This document shows, in pieces, positions 28,087 through 38,171 of a stretch of 64,000 nucleotides of DNA. This DNA comes from Vampirovibrionaceae bacterium NZW_1234 (lineage in GTDB: Bacteria; Cyanobacteriota; Vampirovibrionia; Vampirovibrionales; JAGQHJ01): the NCBI GenBank assembly GCA_041697335.1, contig JBGUGD010000016.1, forward strand, positions 148,267 to 212,266. The letters are read 5' to 3'. The notes beneath the pieces are model-generated. The model ran no database searches. It was not told where the DNA came from and saw only the letters and a list, made by a program, of their open reading frames with translations. Both the position numbers and the translations under genes were made by a program. Every line of letters starts with the position of its first letter. The first letter of the stretch is position 1.

Positions 28087-30723
28087 TTAGGAATCCCGAT
28101 GCGCTAAAGCGTGGAAGCCCATTTGACCTTTATCAGGATCGTGATCTTCCTTCTGCATTGCTGCCAGCTCCGCTTCCAGGGCCGACTGAGTCACCACAGG
28201 CAAGGCGGCAACTAATTTATCCAAATCCGGTTCAGCGTGCTGGCTATACTCCTCCAATAAGGACGCCATGGGAGCAAGTGTTTTGTTGATGGCCCGCTGT
28301 AAGAGCATCGCGAGGTCACGACCCACAAAGCCTTCTGCCTTTTTGGCCACGGTCTCGAATTGAATGTCTGGGCTGAAGGGATAGCCGGAACGCTTGGCGT
28401 GTTGGGCCAGAATCTGGGTTTTTTGCTCTAAGTTGGGCGCTTTAAACCGGACTTGCTTGATCTGTCGGCTCTTTAAGGCTTTATCCAAAAGTTCCGGCAT
28501 ATTGGTGGAAACAATGGTGGTAACACCTTCACGCTCGGCAAAACCATCCAGTTCAACCAGAATCTGGTTCAAGGTGCTTTCGACTTCTTGCCCACCGTCA
28601 CTGGCCCCGACACGCTGTTGCGCAACCGAGTCCACTTCGTCCAGGAAGATAATTGAAGGGCCGTTTTCATAGGCATCTCGGAAGATATCACGGACCTTTT
28701 GGGCCCCTTCGCCCAAATACATTTTGCGAAGTTCCACCGCACTCAAGGGAATAAAGTTCACCCCGACTTCATTGGCAAAAGCTCTTGCGGTAAAGGTCTT
28801 CCCAGTTCCAGGATCACCCACAAAGGACATTAATTTGGGCATATCAATTCGGATATTTTTCTTCTGACGAAGCTCTTGCCGCAATTGAGAACTTCTGGCC
28901 AGTGCTGCGAGGGTTCTCAACTCAGTAACCGCTTCCTCTTGGCCCACCACCGCATCCAGTTTCAACGTCGGATCCGGCTTGAATTTAAAGCCTTTCCCAT
29001 CCTTGCCTCCAGTTGCAGACAAGAGATCCTGGATATAAGACTGACGCTGTGAATCGAATTGGGTCACAAAGTCAGATGTAATAACAAACACGCCTTCGTC
29101 CTGGTGCCGTCCCTCAGCACCCTGGTTCAGTGCTTGCGCTTTCTTTGCGGCTTGAGAGGCAACCTTATCCATCATACTGATCATGTGATCCCGGCTGGGT
29201 GCACGGCCGGAAGATTGCATCAGGGTTTTGGCAATCATCGTTACAGCATCGTCTTCAAAGCGAACCTTATATTCTTTTTCCAGGTCTTCGCGCAGACTTT
29301 GTCCCGAGAGCCGGAAATTCATCAGAGCTTCAGACAGAGTCGGGGGTTTTAATTTGATAATAGCCGCAGAATCTTGAATTCCACCGTCTATGTTGGCAGC
29401 AAGTGCCTCCATACCACCTACCACCAGCTTAACATTAGGAAATGCTTTGGCCAGTCGACCCAATTGGTTAAATAACGGCACTTGAGATTCATCCGCCAGA
29501 ATAAAAAGCAAGGCATTTTTGCCGATGGGGGTTTTCTGCTGAATTTCACTCATGGTTTTCTTCAAGGCTTTCAATACATCAGGCTTCTCAGCCGACATAT
29601 AGGAAAAGGTGGTTCGGGTATTCACCTGTAGCCCTTCCCATTGATGGTGAAAGGCTTCATCAAAATCACTTTCAATGACAAAGCTATGGACGTTAGCCTG
29701 ACCATTTACGTCTTTGTCCATTTGCGGATTAACCGCCATTTGAGCAATCAAGCTACGTTGATCATCGACATGCCCCAATATAAACCCGGGCCGGGGCGCG
29801 CGTTCAAACCGATATATCCGGTGATAAACGGCATCGGCAGCCTCCAAATTCATAAACTCCAGGGCTGGTACCATGGACTTGGTAACCACCGCTTTTTCTG
29901 GATTTACAGGTGTTTCTTTCTTCGAAGGCTCTGCTTTGTCTAGTTTCTTGGCCTTCGGTTTAAAGGCGGGTTCCGGAACTACCACTCTGTCTCTGACATA
30001 CTTCTGAGTAATTCGCTCTGGCGCTTTCAAAAACAAGCGACCAAAATGCATTAAGACATCATCATGCGGTGTTTTGGCTTGCTTCATAGCCACTGCACCC
30101 TGGAAAAGCGCACTATAAAGATGGTCAGACTCAAGTGGAGCATCCTGCCATTGGGCGGCACGATTTAAGCTCTTGAGCAAGGCTTTACGATCCGCATTCA
30201 AGGAATTCGGGCCTTGGTAGCGACTCAATTCCGCAAGGTTAATTTTTAAGGCACTAATGAGCTTGAGAAAATACTGATCAAAAGCTGCTAACATCCGGTT
30301 ATCCAAGGCCGTCTTGGGCTCAGCCAAAGGCAATGTCTTTTTTAAGTTATCACGGAAAGCCACCAGGGCCGGACGATTATTGGTCCGATCGTAATACGTC
30401 CATTGTTGAAGTTTCTTGAGCCAGGTTGGTCGATTCTCATAGGCTAAAAACGTGCTGATGTCATGCATCAAATAGGTGCTAAAGCGACGTTGTTCAGGCC
30501 CTAACGCGTGCCATTGTTTTTTTAGTATAGGTCCTAAAGTATTGTCTGCCAGCACGGTCTGGGGTTTGCCTGCATCATGGGCAGGTTTACTCGTCCCAAC
30601 CGAAACTGTGTCTTCAACTGCGTTTTGAGGCGGCTTGATCTGTGGATTGGCCTGAAATCGAATCTGACTCGACAAATTCAAAGCAGCAACATGTGTCGAT
30701 AAAGTCCCAACCGGCATTGTCAT
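28087..30723 (-). CDS. AAA+ ATPase with an FtsH-like module, no protease domain, long N-terminal region
   Basis: Walker A GDPGTGKT, pore loop MYLG, Walker B IIFLDEVD, ESTLNQILVELDGF. Confidence 0.85.
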   Translation of the reverse strand: MTMPVGTLSTHVAALNLSSQIRFQANPQIKPPQNAVEDTVSVGTSKPAHDAGKPQTVLADNTLGPILKKQWHALGPEQRRFSTYLMHDISTFLAYENRPTWLKKLQQWTYYDRTNNRPALVAFRDNLKKTLPLAEPKTALDNRMLAAFDQYFLKLISALKINLAELSRYQGPNSLNADRKALLKSLNRAAQWQDAPLESDHLYSALFQGAVAMKQAKTPHDDVLMHFGRLFLKAPERITQKYVRDRVVVPEPAFKPKAKKLDKAEPSKKETPVNPEKAVVTKSMVPALEFMNLEAADAVYHRIYRFERAPRPGFILGHVDDQRSLIAQMAVNPQMDKDVNGQANVHSFVIESDFDEAFHHQWEGLQVNTRTTFSYMSAEKPDVLKALKKTMSEIQQKTPIGKNALLFILADESQVPLFNQLGRLAKAFPNVKLVVGGMEALAANIDGGIQDSAAIIKLKPPTLSEALMNFRLSGQSLREDLEKEYKVRFEDDAVTMIAKTLMQSSGRAPSRDHMISMMDKVASQAAKKAQALNQGAEGRHQDEGVFVITSDFVTQFDSQRQSYIQDLLSATGGKDGKGFKFKPDPTLKLDAVVGQEEAVTELRTLAALARSSQLRQELRQKKNIRIDMPKLMSFVGDPGTGKTFTARAFANEVGVNFIPLSAVELRKMYLGEGAQKVRDIFRDAYENGPSIIFLDEVDSVAQQRVGASDGGQEVESTLNQILVELDGFAEREGVTTIVSTNMPELLDKALKSRQIKQVRFKAPNLEQKTQILAQHAKRSGYPFSPDIQFETVAKKAEGFVGRDLAMLLQRAINKTLAPMASLLEEYSQHAEPDLDKLVAALPVVTQSALEAELAAMQKEDHDPDKGQMGFHALAHRDS

Positions 30724-30880
30724 TCTTGTTCACCTACTAACCCAAAATTGTAAACATCCCCAACAGAGGGGTACCAAATTCACATTGCCCTTTATATCAA
30801 AAGAGTAATCAAATTACAACTTGTTTAAGAAATATGTCGAGCAGTTGTTCTGAGTTGTCCGAAACACTCGTCCGTTATAC

Positions 30881-31789
30881 CTACGCCCCCAACTGCAAGG
30901 CTATTTGGCTGGCAGAGGATTGCAAGGCCGGAGGTACAAACAACGCTAGAACTTCAGAAGCTTTCTCTCGCTTATCGCCTTTGCAACTAATAAAGCGCTG
31001 AACCGATAAGGAAATTTGGCAGGCTGGGGCGTACCAATGTCGAGTCAATGACGTGTCGTGATTGGAAATGACCACAATAACACCTTGCTGTGACAAGGCA
31101 ATTGCCGTCTCAGCTAACTGTACTTGCTGGTCCTGGCTAAACCCTCCGGCACTGTAGCTGGTAAAATTTGCAGTGGAAGATAAAGGAACATAGGGCGGAT
31201 CACAATAAACCACATCACCGGCTCGGGCTTGGGCCATCACGCTCAAAAAATCCATGTGCTGCCACGTTACCGATACCCGCTGGACTTTGTGATAAAACGC
31301 CAACATCTCCCGCTCGGGGAAATAAGGTTTCGTATAACGGCCAAAGGGGACATTAAACCCCGCTCGACTATTATAACGGCACAACCCATTAAACCCATGG
31401 CGATTGAGGTAGACAAAAGCCATCGCACGAAAATAGCTTTCGGAACTTTCATTGAAAGCATCCCGAAGTGAGTAATAGCCTTCCGGCGTGTTGTTTTGTG
31501 GTGTAAACAACGTTTTACAATCCTGGATAAAGGCTGTTCCATGAGTGGCTAAAGTCTGGTAAAGCCCTATCAAATCTTGATTGCTGTCGTTCAATATGTA
31601 GCGGGAATAGGGTGTATTCATAAATACAGCCCCAGACCCTACAAAAGGTTCAATCAAGCGGGAAGTTTCCGGCCATTTGCCTAACGCATGCTGTAGGGCA
31701 GAAACAATCCTGAATTTATTGCCCGCCCATTTTAAAAACGGTCTCTCTAACGGTTCATCCACAGCTATCTTTGCTGGATGGAGCGCCAT
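30881..31789 (-). CDS. dam: Dam-family DNA adenine methyltransferase
   Basis: FLKWAGNK, EPFVGSG, NGLCRYN, FNVPFG, YCDPPY. Confidence 0.92.
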   Translation of the reverse strand: MALHPAKIAVDEPLERPFLKWAGNKFRIVSALQHALGKWPETSRLIEPFVGSGAVFMNTPYSRYILNDSNQDLIGLYQTLATHGTAFIQDCKTLFTPQNNTPEGYYSLRDAFNESSESYFRAMAFVYLNRHGFNGLCRYNSRAGFNVPFGRYTKPYFPEREMLAFYHKVQRVSVTWQHMDFLSVMAQARAGDVVYCDPPYVPLSSTANFTSYSAGGFSQDQQVQLAETAIALSQQGVIVVISNHDTSLTRHWYAPACQISLSVQRFISCKGDKREKASEVLALFVPPALQSSASQIALQLGA

Positions 31790-31941
31790 CCCCGGTTACC
31801 AAACACCACGAACATCATCGAACAACGATGATGTGTTATAGGCCATTATATCTTAAATCCAGGCTCTGATCAGAGCCTTATGCTTTTTCCAACCACTGGT
31901 CCTGTTTCCCAACATCATCCTGAACCCTGAACGGGTTATGG

Positions 31942-32271
31942 CTATTGTCGAGTGCCGAACTCTTCTTGTGCGGCTTTTTGGGCTTTTTGTGATTGTTCTT
32001 GCTCTTCCTTGTGAATCGCCTCTTGGCGAAGCTGCAGACTACGCATACGGGTATCCAGCAGTTTTTCCGCTTCATTTAACTGGCGGATCCTGGCTTCCAA
32101 CATCTTGTCGGCCTTGGTACCAGGCTCATATTCCACCTTCAAGTTCATAAAGGTACTGACTGCTTTCGCCAGATAATGCTTATGCTGCATCAAGAATTGC
32201 ATCTGAAGATCCAAATCGTACTTCATTGCAATGAGCATCATTAATCTAGGTTGACTGGATGCGAAAGGCAT
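31942..32271 (-). CDS. Hypothetical coiled-coil protein (ASSQxRL N-terminus)
   Basis: 109-aa helical ORF; GGGGGA upstream. Confidence 0.7.
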   Translation of the reverse strand: MPFASSQPRLMMLIAMKYDLDLQMQFLMQHKHYLAKAVSTFMNLKVEYEPGTKADKMLEARIRQLNEAEKLLDTRMRSLQLRQEAIHKEEQEQSQKAQKAAQEEFGTRQ

Positions 32272-32362
32272 TTATTGCGTTCCCCCAAATACCCCTTGGT
32301 TATATAAAACCCCGTTCTACCAGTTTTATGACAAATTATTAACAAATATTTAAGAGTTGGCG

Positions 32363-32602
32363 TTAGAATTTCCGATCAATCTTAACGCCACGATGCGTAT
32401 ATGGACTGGAATTGGTCAGAAACCCTTCCATCCGATTCAGTTGCTGCATGTATAAATTATGCCGAAAGCGGTTCAGCTTGGCGTTGCTTTTGTAGTTTAA
32501 AATCATCGATACAAAGGCGTGAAAGCTTTCAACCATCTCTCCGATGGGATTACTCCGCTGGAATGCTTGAATGGCGAGATTTAAATATACACTTGCGCTC
32601 AT
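32363..32602 (-). CDS. Small hypothetical protein
   Basis: 79-aa ORF with AGGA upstream; C-terminal GVKIDRKF. Confidence 0.55.
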   Translation of the reverse strand: MSASVYLNLAIQAFQRSNPIGEMVESFHAFVSMILNYKSNAKLNRFRHNLYMQQLNRMEGFLTNSSPYTHRGVKIDRKF

Positions 32603-32778
32603 ACACTATCCTAACCACAATTGAGTCTACTACCCCTATTCATGAAAAAACGGCGAAAGGGCAAAAATTGCTTTTTTGTAACAGAAATTTACAGTTTCCA
32701 ATATACTAAAGAAGTGATTTTGATATACAAAACCCTTTTAAAGCCACCCCAATGGATTCCAGAAATCCGTAAAACAAA

Positions 32779-33669
32779 TTAGCCTAAAGGAAAGACTTTT
32801 AAAGGTTTGAGACGTCCAGAAGGCTCCCCAGAAGCGACACCAACAGGATAATCGCCAGAAATTAGAACATAGGTCCGATTTTGCTGTACCGTCCCAACGA
32901 CTTCCTCCTGGAGCAACTTCATCCCATTCGAAAGCTTCCCAAGGGCCTGGGGTGTCACGACTATCGAAGGAATCGCGAGATAAGGCGTCGGGTTCATGAC
33001 ATACGTTTCAGGATGTGGAGAGTCCAGGAAATCATCCAGTGAGATGCTCTGTTCTAAGGTAAATTGGCCATGATGCGTTCGAACAAGACCTGAAAGGTAA
33101 GCCCCATAACCTGTGGCTTGACCCAATGCTTGGGCAATTGAGCGAACATAGGTGCCACTCGCACAGTGGATATCGACAGTAAGTTCAGGATGGTCCGTCC
33201 CTTCTCCCAGAAAGGAGACCAAGGCCATGCGATAAATGATGGCCGGGCGAATGGGTAATTCAACGGTAATTCCCTTTCGAGCATACTCATACAGCTTCTT
33301 CCCATTAACATGCACAGCCGCATGAGGAGGAACCTGTTGCTGGATAGGCCCTTCTAGTTTAGACAACTCTGCGGTAACCTGCTGCTGTGTTAATGCTGCA
33401 GCAGAAACATCGCTTATCCAGTCGCCTTCGGCATCCCAACTGAGGGTAGTCCTTCCAAACGTTATGACAGCACGATATTGTTTGTCGCTGGGAAAATACT
33501 CAATCAATCGAGTTGCCTGGCCAACACAGACAGGCAATACACCTGAAGCCAGAGGGTCTAAAGTTCCGCAATGCCCCACACGCCTTACTCCCAATTTGCG
33601 ACGTACTTTGGCCACAACATCATGAGAGGTTAAGTGCAAAGGCTTATCCATATTAATCACGCCGAACAT
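32779..33669 (-). CDS. truB: tRNA pseudouridine(55) synthase
   Basis: TSHDVV, GHCGTLDPLASGVL, GTYVRS. Confidence 0.96.
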   Translation of the reverse strand: MFGVINMDKPLHLTSHDVVAKVRRKLGVRRVGHCGTLDPLASGVLPVCVGQATRLIEYFPSDKQYRAVITFGRTTLSWDAEGDWISDVSAAALTQQQVTAELSKLEGPIQQQVPPHAAVHVNGKKLYEYARKGITVELPIRPAIIYRMALVSFLGEGTDHPELTVDIHCASGTYVRSIAQALGQATGYGAYLSGLVRTHHGQFTLEQSISLDDFLDSPHPETYVMNPTPYLAIPSIVVTPQALGKLSNGMKLLQEEVVGTVQQNRTYVLISGDYPVGVASGEPSGRLKPLKVFPLG

Positions 33670-33754
33670 CCGGTCAACATCCTAGCCACTGTCTTATGAC
33701 CAGTTTACTGTAAAGACTCAGATGTCACCAATTCATAGCCACGAAACACACACC

Positions 33755-33783
33755 AAAAAACCCGCTGATTTCTCAGCGGGTTT
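33755..33783 (-). terminator. Rho-independent terminator of the 578-aa gene
   Basis: AAACCCGCTGA / TCAGCGGGTTT stem followed by a U6 tail on the minus strand. Confidence 0.8.
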
Positions 33784-33801
33784 AATTCTGTACCTGGGTA
33801 A

Positions 33802-35538
33802 TTATTTACGAACCACCATGGTACTGCTGACAGGACGCGGGGTCTGGTTGTTGCCACCACCTCCGGAAATCGTACCCTGTGGAGAGGTTTTAAGGGTTTG
33901 GACCCGATCGTTCACCGCCTGCTGGGTCTGGTTAATGACCGTTTGGGTGTTGAGCGGTTGCGTGCCTGTATTTTGCATCACAATAGGACGAGTCGTCACC
34001 TGATTTGTTGGCTGGGTTGAGACAGGATTAATGGGCCGAACACCACCGGTAACCGTGGTAGTCTGAGTAACGGTCCCACCTACACCGGTTTGACCTGTGG
34101 TCTGGGTACCCATACCTGTTGGATTAATGACAGTCGTGGTGGTTCCCACACCGGTTTGTTGTCCGGTGGTTTGGGTTCCTACGCCGGCTTGCTGACCCGT
34201 GGTTTGAGTACCAACTCCAGTTGTGGCTCCCACACCGGTCTGCTGACCCGTGGTTTGAGTACCGACTCCCGTTGTGGCTCCCACGCCGGTCTGTTGCCCG
34301 GTGGTTTGGGTTCCTACGCCGGTATTGTTACCAACGGTTGTTGTGGTTGTACCAATACCATTCTGAGTTGTCACTTGAGTACCGTTACCACCACCTTGAG
34401 TGGTTACCTGACCATTGTTGGGATCCACCTGAGTTTGCGTGTTGTTATTCTGGTTCAGATTGGCCAAAGTGGTATTGATTTGATTCAAGGTTTGTTGAAT
34501 CTGAGCCTGAAGAGCGGGATCGGTACCTTGGGTTGCTGTGGTTGTATTGTTTCCGGTCCCTTGGGTAACACCGTTACCATTGGTGTTTGTCACCGTGGTT
34601 CCTTGGGTGTTGGTAGTGGTTCCATTCCCTTGGGTAACTCCATTACCATTAGTGTTTGTCACCGTGGTTCCTTGAGTACCACCGGTACCGGCGCCATTGG
34701 TTGCTGGCTGCTGAGGCTTATCCTTCTCAGCTTTCAGCTTGGCCACTTCCTCGGTCAGTTTGGCAATGGTTTCAGACATCTGTTTTATCATTTCAGCCAA
34801 CTGATTATCGGCCGCAGGTTGATTGCCCTGACCGCCTTGGGTTGTTGCAGTGGTAGCGGTAAAGGTTGTATCACCGGTTTGGCCTACTTGATTAGCACCA
34901 CCATTCGGGGCAGCTGTGCCCGCTTGAGCATCTGTCTTGGGCTTATCTTTTTGATCTGCATCAACCTTAGCATCTTCTTTATCTTGCTTTTGTTGCTCCA
35001 AGACAGTACTAATCAGTTTTGTAAACATGGCTATGCTTGCAGTGTCATTGGCTGGAGAAGCTTGAGGTGCAACTGTTCTTTCGAACTCTTCCTGTCGAGC
35101 ATCGGCACCGAAGATATTGCTAAGCAAACTGAGACTTGCCAAATCAGGACCAACGCCAAGAGGCGAAGCACTTAAGAGAGGATTCTCTAAAGCAAGTGCA
35201 GGAAGACCAATAGCGCCGGTACCAAAAGAGGTGCCTAAAAGACCAATGTCATTCAAGCTTTGGTTAAGCAGCGGGCTCGAAAGCAAAGGAGACGCTGCGA
35301 TTGGCGCAGAAGCTGAATAGTCAAGGGCATAAATTGGAACGGCCACTACCGGGCTCTGAACCTGGGGTAAACTACCCCACATTGCTGCAGAACCATAAGC
35401 GCTGGGCCAAAATGTACCTTGAGAACCTACTGAAAAATTGGGGTTCGAATTTGACGTAAAAACACTGTTGTCAATAAATCCGGAATCCCCGTAAAACCCA
35501 AAGGGCATTGAGGATACACCACCAATACTGTAACTCAT
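33802..35538 (-). CDS. Cys-free Thr/Gly/Gln-rich repeat protein, harpin-like composition
   Basis: GVGTQTTGQQ repeats, TQGTTVTNTNGNGVTQG twice, short coiled coil; strong SD. Confidence 0.85.
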   Translation of the reverse strand: MSYSIGGVSSMPFGFYGDSGFIDNSVFTSNSNPNFSVGSQGTFWPSAYGSAAMWGSLPQVQSPVVAVPIYALDYSASAPIAASPLLSSPLLNQSLNDIGLLGTSFGTGAIGLPALALENPLLSASPLGVGPDLASLSLLSNIFGADARQEEFERTVAPQASPANDTASIAMFTKLISTVLEQQKQDKEDAKVDADQKDKPKTDAQAGTAAPNGGANQVGQTGDTTFTATTATTQGGQGNQPAADNQLAEMIKQMSETIAKLTEEVAKLKAEKDKPQQPATNGAGTGGTQGTTVTNTNGNGVTQGNGTTTNTQGTTVTNTNGNGVTQGTGNNTTTATQGTDPALQAQIQQTLNQINTTLANLNQNNNTQTQVDPNNGQVTTQGGGNGTQVTTQNGIGTTTTTVGNNTGVGTQTTGQQTGVGATTGVGTQTTGQQTGVGATTGVGTQTTGQQAGVGTQTTGQQTGVGTTTTVINPTGMGTQTTGQTGVGGTVTQTTTVTGGVRPINPVSTQPTNQVTTRPIVMQNTGTQPLNTQTVINQTQQAVNDRVQTLKTSPQGTISGGGGNNQTPRPVSSTMVVRK

Positions 35539-35541
35539 GGA

Positions 35542-35670
35542 CGAAAACTCCTAACTCAATAACTCCGAAACTCCCTTGTTTTCAGGGAGTGAGACAACAC
35601 ATCCTATTTATTCTTATATGCATAAAAACAATCATTAAGATTTTATTGATGCATTCTAACAATTTGTAAC
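35542..35670 (-). promoter_or_regulatory. Shared leader/promoter module, copy 1
   Basis: Plus strand CGAAAACTCCTAACTC 35542-35557, ATAAAAACAA 35622-35631, TTTGTAAC 35663-35670. Confidence 0.65.
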
Positions 35671-35895
35671 AAGCAAGATACTAAAAGGCGTCATCGTCCA
35701 AATAGCAACATCGAGCTGCCAATAGGCGTCAAGAGAGATAATAGACTTCCAAAATTGCTGATTAACATCTATTCCAATTTCTGAATAATCATGCCCTGAA
35801 TCACAGGGACATCGGCACTTCACTTCTTAAAGACTACGGAATGATCCCAAGTCATCCAACACCCACATTTTTAGAGTGATAAAGACCCCTTGCAT

Positions 35896-35926
35896 AAAGA
35901 AAAAGCCCGCCCACACGTGGACGGGT
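35896..35926 (-). terminator. Rho-independent terminator about 170 nt after the 604-aa gene
   Basis: Minus strand ACCCGTCCAC-GT-GTGGGCGGGC-TTTTTCTTT. Confidence 0.75.
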
Positions 35927-36093
35927 TAAACGTTAGATAGAGAGAGTTAGAGATGAAGCGATAGGGATAGTGAGTTGAAACATTGGATACATTTTCTAAA
36001 GTGTTCTCGCCAGTTCAACACCTATAGGCATCGCGGTTATTAAGCGAGAGATACACTTCGCAGGATACATGAATTTATAACGACGATATCGTT

Positions 36094-37908
36094 TTACTGA
36101 TCAAAGGCCGTTTGTTTGATTTCATCAAAGCGACTGCGAATATTCTTCTGCAAATCGTCAATGAAGGAACCCACATTCGCACCGAGGGTCGATGCCGGAG
36201 ATGGCGTTGTAAAACCAGTCGGTTCAGAAGATTGGGCCTTAGGCTCAGTCGTCTTTTCCTCTTGTTTTGTTTCGACCTTGGGCGCAGGCTCTGTAACTTT
36301 AGCAATAACTTCTGCAACAGCTACTGGAGCACTTGCGACCTGACTTTTAACGTTATTTTCATTGGATGCCTCGGCCGTATTTTTATTGGTATTCTCAATA
36401 ACCGGGGCACTTACGGACTGATTTTTATTATCGTTTTTACTGGATGCCTCGGCGGTGTTTTTGTTTGTACTATGAGCCACCGGGACATTGGTATTGCGAT
36501 TATCGTTTTCGGATACCACTGTGGTTTCCGTATTCGTGGTAACCACAGGAATATTCGTATTCTCATTCTGACTAAACGTTGTGGCTTTTGCCTCAGACTG
36601 AGTCTGGTTCTTATTGGCATTTTCATTTTTGCTGACAACGTTGGTTTCAGTCTTCGATTCGTTGACGACAACCGGCTTATTAATGTCTTTGTTATCATTT
36701 AAATTGACGTCCTTGTTGTCAACCACGACAACAGGTTTATTATCGTTCTGAACCGTGTTAACCTGAACCGGCTTATTATCATTATTATTGGTTGCCACAA
36801 ACGAGGATTTATCTTCGTTATTGTTATTCACAACAACCGTGGGCTTATTGTCGTTAGTCACCTTAATTTCAGGTTTCACTTCGATTTTCGGATCCACGTT
36901 TACAGTCACCGTCACGTTCGGGGTATTGGTAACCGTGTTTGTATTCGTGTCCTTATCCGTATTCACAAAGCTGGTTTGAGCACCAGGGCTCACAGCCACA
37001 GCCTTGGGGACTCCGGCAACTGGCGAGGTGAAGTAGTTATTAATGACATTATTATTTCCAGTAATCACCTGAACAATACTATCAGCTATATTTTCCAATT
37101 TGGTGGTTTCCACCGTATTGTTGTTGCCGTTCACCGTGCTGGAGACAACAGTAGCAGCACTACTACCCCATCCCGTGGATGCGACAGCACTGGGCTGTTG
37201 TGTCGTCACAACCGTGGAACTACCGGGCCGAGGTTGAATTGCAATGGTAGAACTCGACTTTGAGGGTAAGATGCGTGATACTGGGGAAGGACGTGAAGAA
37301 ATACCGTTACCGGGGCCTACACGACCATCACCAGGGCGACGTCGACTGGAACGATCATCGCCAAAATCAAATAAACTACCTAAGCCATCGCCTCCGGCCA
37401 TCATCAGCATCATCATAATGAATGATAATAAACTGTTCTGCTGCCCTTGCGGTTGCGAAAGGGATGCAAAAGTGGGCGCATAATTTACATTATACTGAAC
37501 CGGGGGAACACCGCTAAAGGAGGGTGCTTTTGGCTGTTGAGGAAATTGATAAAAATTATTGTATTGCGGAAAAGTATACGTGGGTTGCGAGTAGTTGTAC
37601 TGGGGAAACGTATACGTGGGTTGCGAATAATTGTATTGGGGATAGCTATATTGCGGAGAATAGCTATACTGGGGAGAATAGTTATAAGTCGTTTGTGGCG
37701 CATACGTATTATTAGGCGCATAGGTATAACTTTGCGCATACGTTGGGGAATAAGAATAGGCATTTGCGGAATACGCGTTCGCTTCATTTCCTCCGGTGCT
37801 CGGCCAAGCCATCTGCGGCGAACTAGGGTACGCTTGTTGCTGTACCGGTGCCGACTGCTGGCCACCTAGAAATGGCTGCTGTTGAGCAAAGCTGTAATTC
37901 GTCACCAT
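36094..37908 (-). CDS. Cys-free low-complexity protein: Tyr/Gln/Pro N-terminus, Met-rich helix, Asn/Val/Thr repeats
   Basis: QPTYTFPQYN twice, LLSFIMMMLMMAGG, NKNTAEAS twice; strong SD. Confidence 0.85.
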   Translation of the reverse strand: MVTNYSFAQQQPFLGGQQSAPVQQQAYPSSPQMAWPSTGGNEANAYSANAYSYSPTYAQSYTYAPNNTYAPQTTYNYSPQYSYSPQYSYPQYNYSQPTYTFPQYNYSQPTYTFPQYNNFYQFPQQPKAPSFSGVPPVQYNVNYAPTFASLSQPQGQQNSLLSFIMMMLMMAGGDGLGSLFDFGDDRSSRRRPGDGRVGPGNGISSRPSPVSRILPSKSSSTIAIQPRPGSSTVVTTQQPSAVASTGWGSSAATVVSSTVNGNNNTVETTKLENIADSIVQVITGNNNVINNYFTSPVAGVPKAVAVSPGAQTSFVNTDKDTNTNTVTNTPNVTVTVNVDPKIEVKPEIKVTNDNKPTVVVNNNNEDKSSFVATNNNDNKPVQVNTVQNDNKPVVVVDNKDVNLNDNKDINKPVVVNESKTETNVVSKNENANKNQTQSEAKATTFSQNENTNIPVVTTNTETTVVSENDNRNTNVPVAHSTNKNTAEASSKNDNKNQSVSAPVIENTNKNTAEASNENNVKSQVASAPVAVAEVIAKVTEPAPKVETKQEEKTTEPKAQSSEPTGFTTPSPASTLGANVGSFIDDLQKNIRSRFDEIKQTAFDQ

Positions 37909-37912
37909 ATCA

Positions 37913-38013
37913 CGAAACTCCTAACTCTACGATGAAAAGAGAACATTAACTTCTTGTATTTATATAAAAACAATTATTTAATAATTGCTGATACTATGTT
38001 TCTATTTGTAAAC
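37913..38013 (-). promoter_or_regulatory. Shared leader/promoter module, copy 2
   Basis: CGAAACTCCTAACTCTACG 37913-37931, ATAAAAACAA 37964-37973, TTTGTAAAC 38005-38013. Confidence 0.65.
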
Positions 38014-38100
38014 GAAAATATTTAGATTTTATTAATTCGGATAAGATAACGCTAATAGAGGCATACTGCTTTTTTAGCGTTTAATAAAAATGACAAAAAT

Positions 38101-38136
38101 AAAACAGATCTCTTGCATTGCGAAGAGATCTGTTTT
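38101..38136 (-). terminator. Terminator of the 367-aa gene
   Basis: AAAACAGATCTCTT / AAGAGATCTGTTTT, 14-bp inverted repeat. Confidence 0.75.
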
Positions 38137-38171
38137 GAGTTTTATCCGCTTACAATCGGTGCTAACCTTGT

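Noticed and set aside
28087..30723. ftsH
   Set aside because: No transmembrane segments or M41 HEXXH domain
30881..31789. Restriction-modification or anti-phage locus around dam
   Set aside because: Neighbours show no nuclease motifs
34090..35175. 361-aa plus-strand ORF
   Set aside because: Antisense shadow of the repetitive 578-aa gene, which has the SD and terminator
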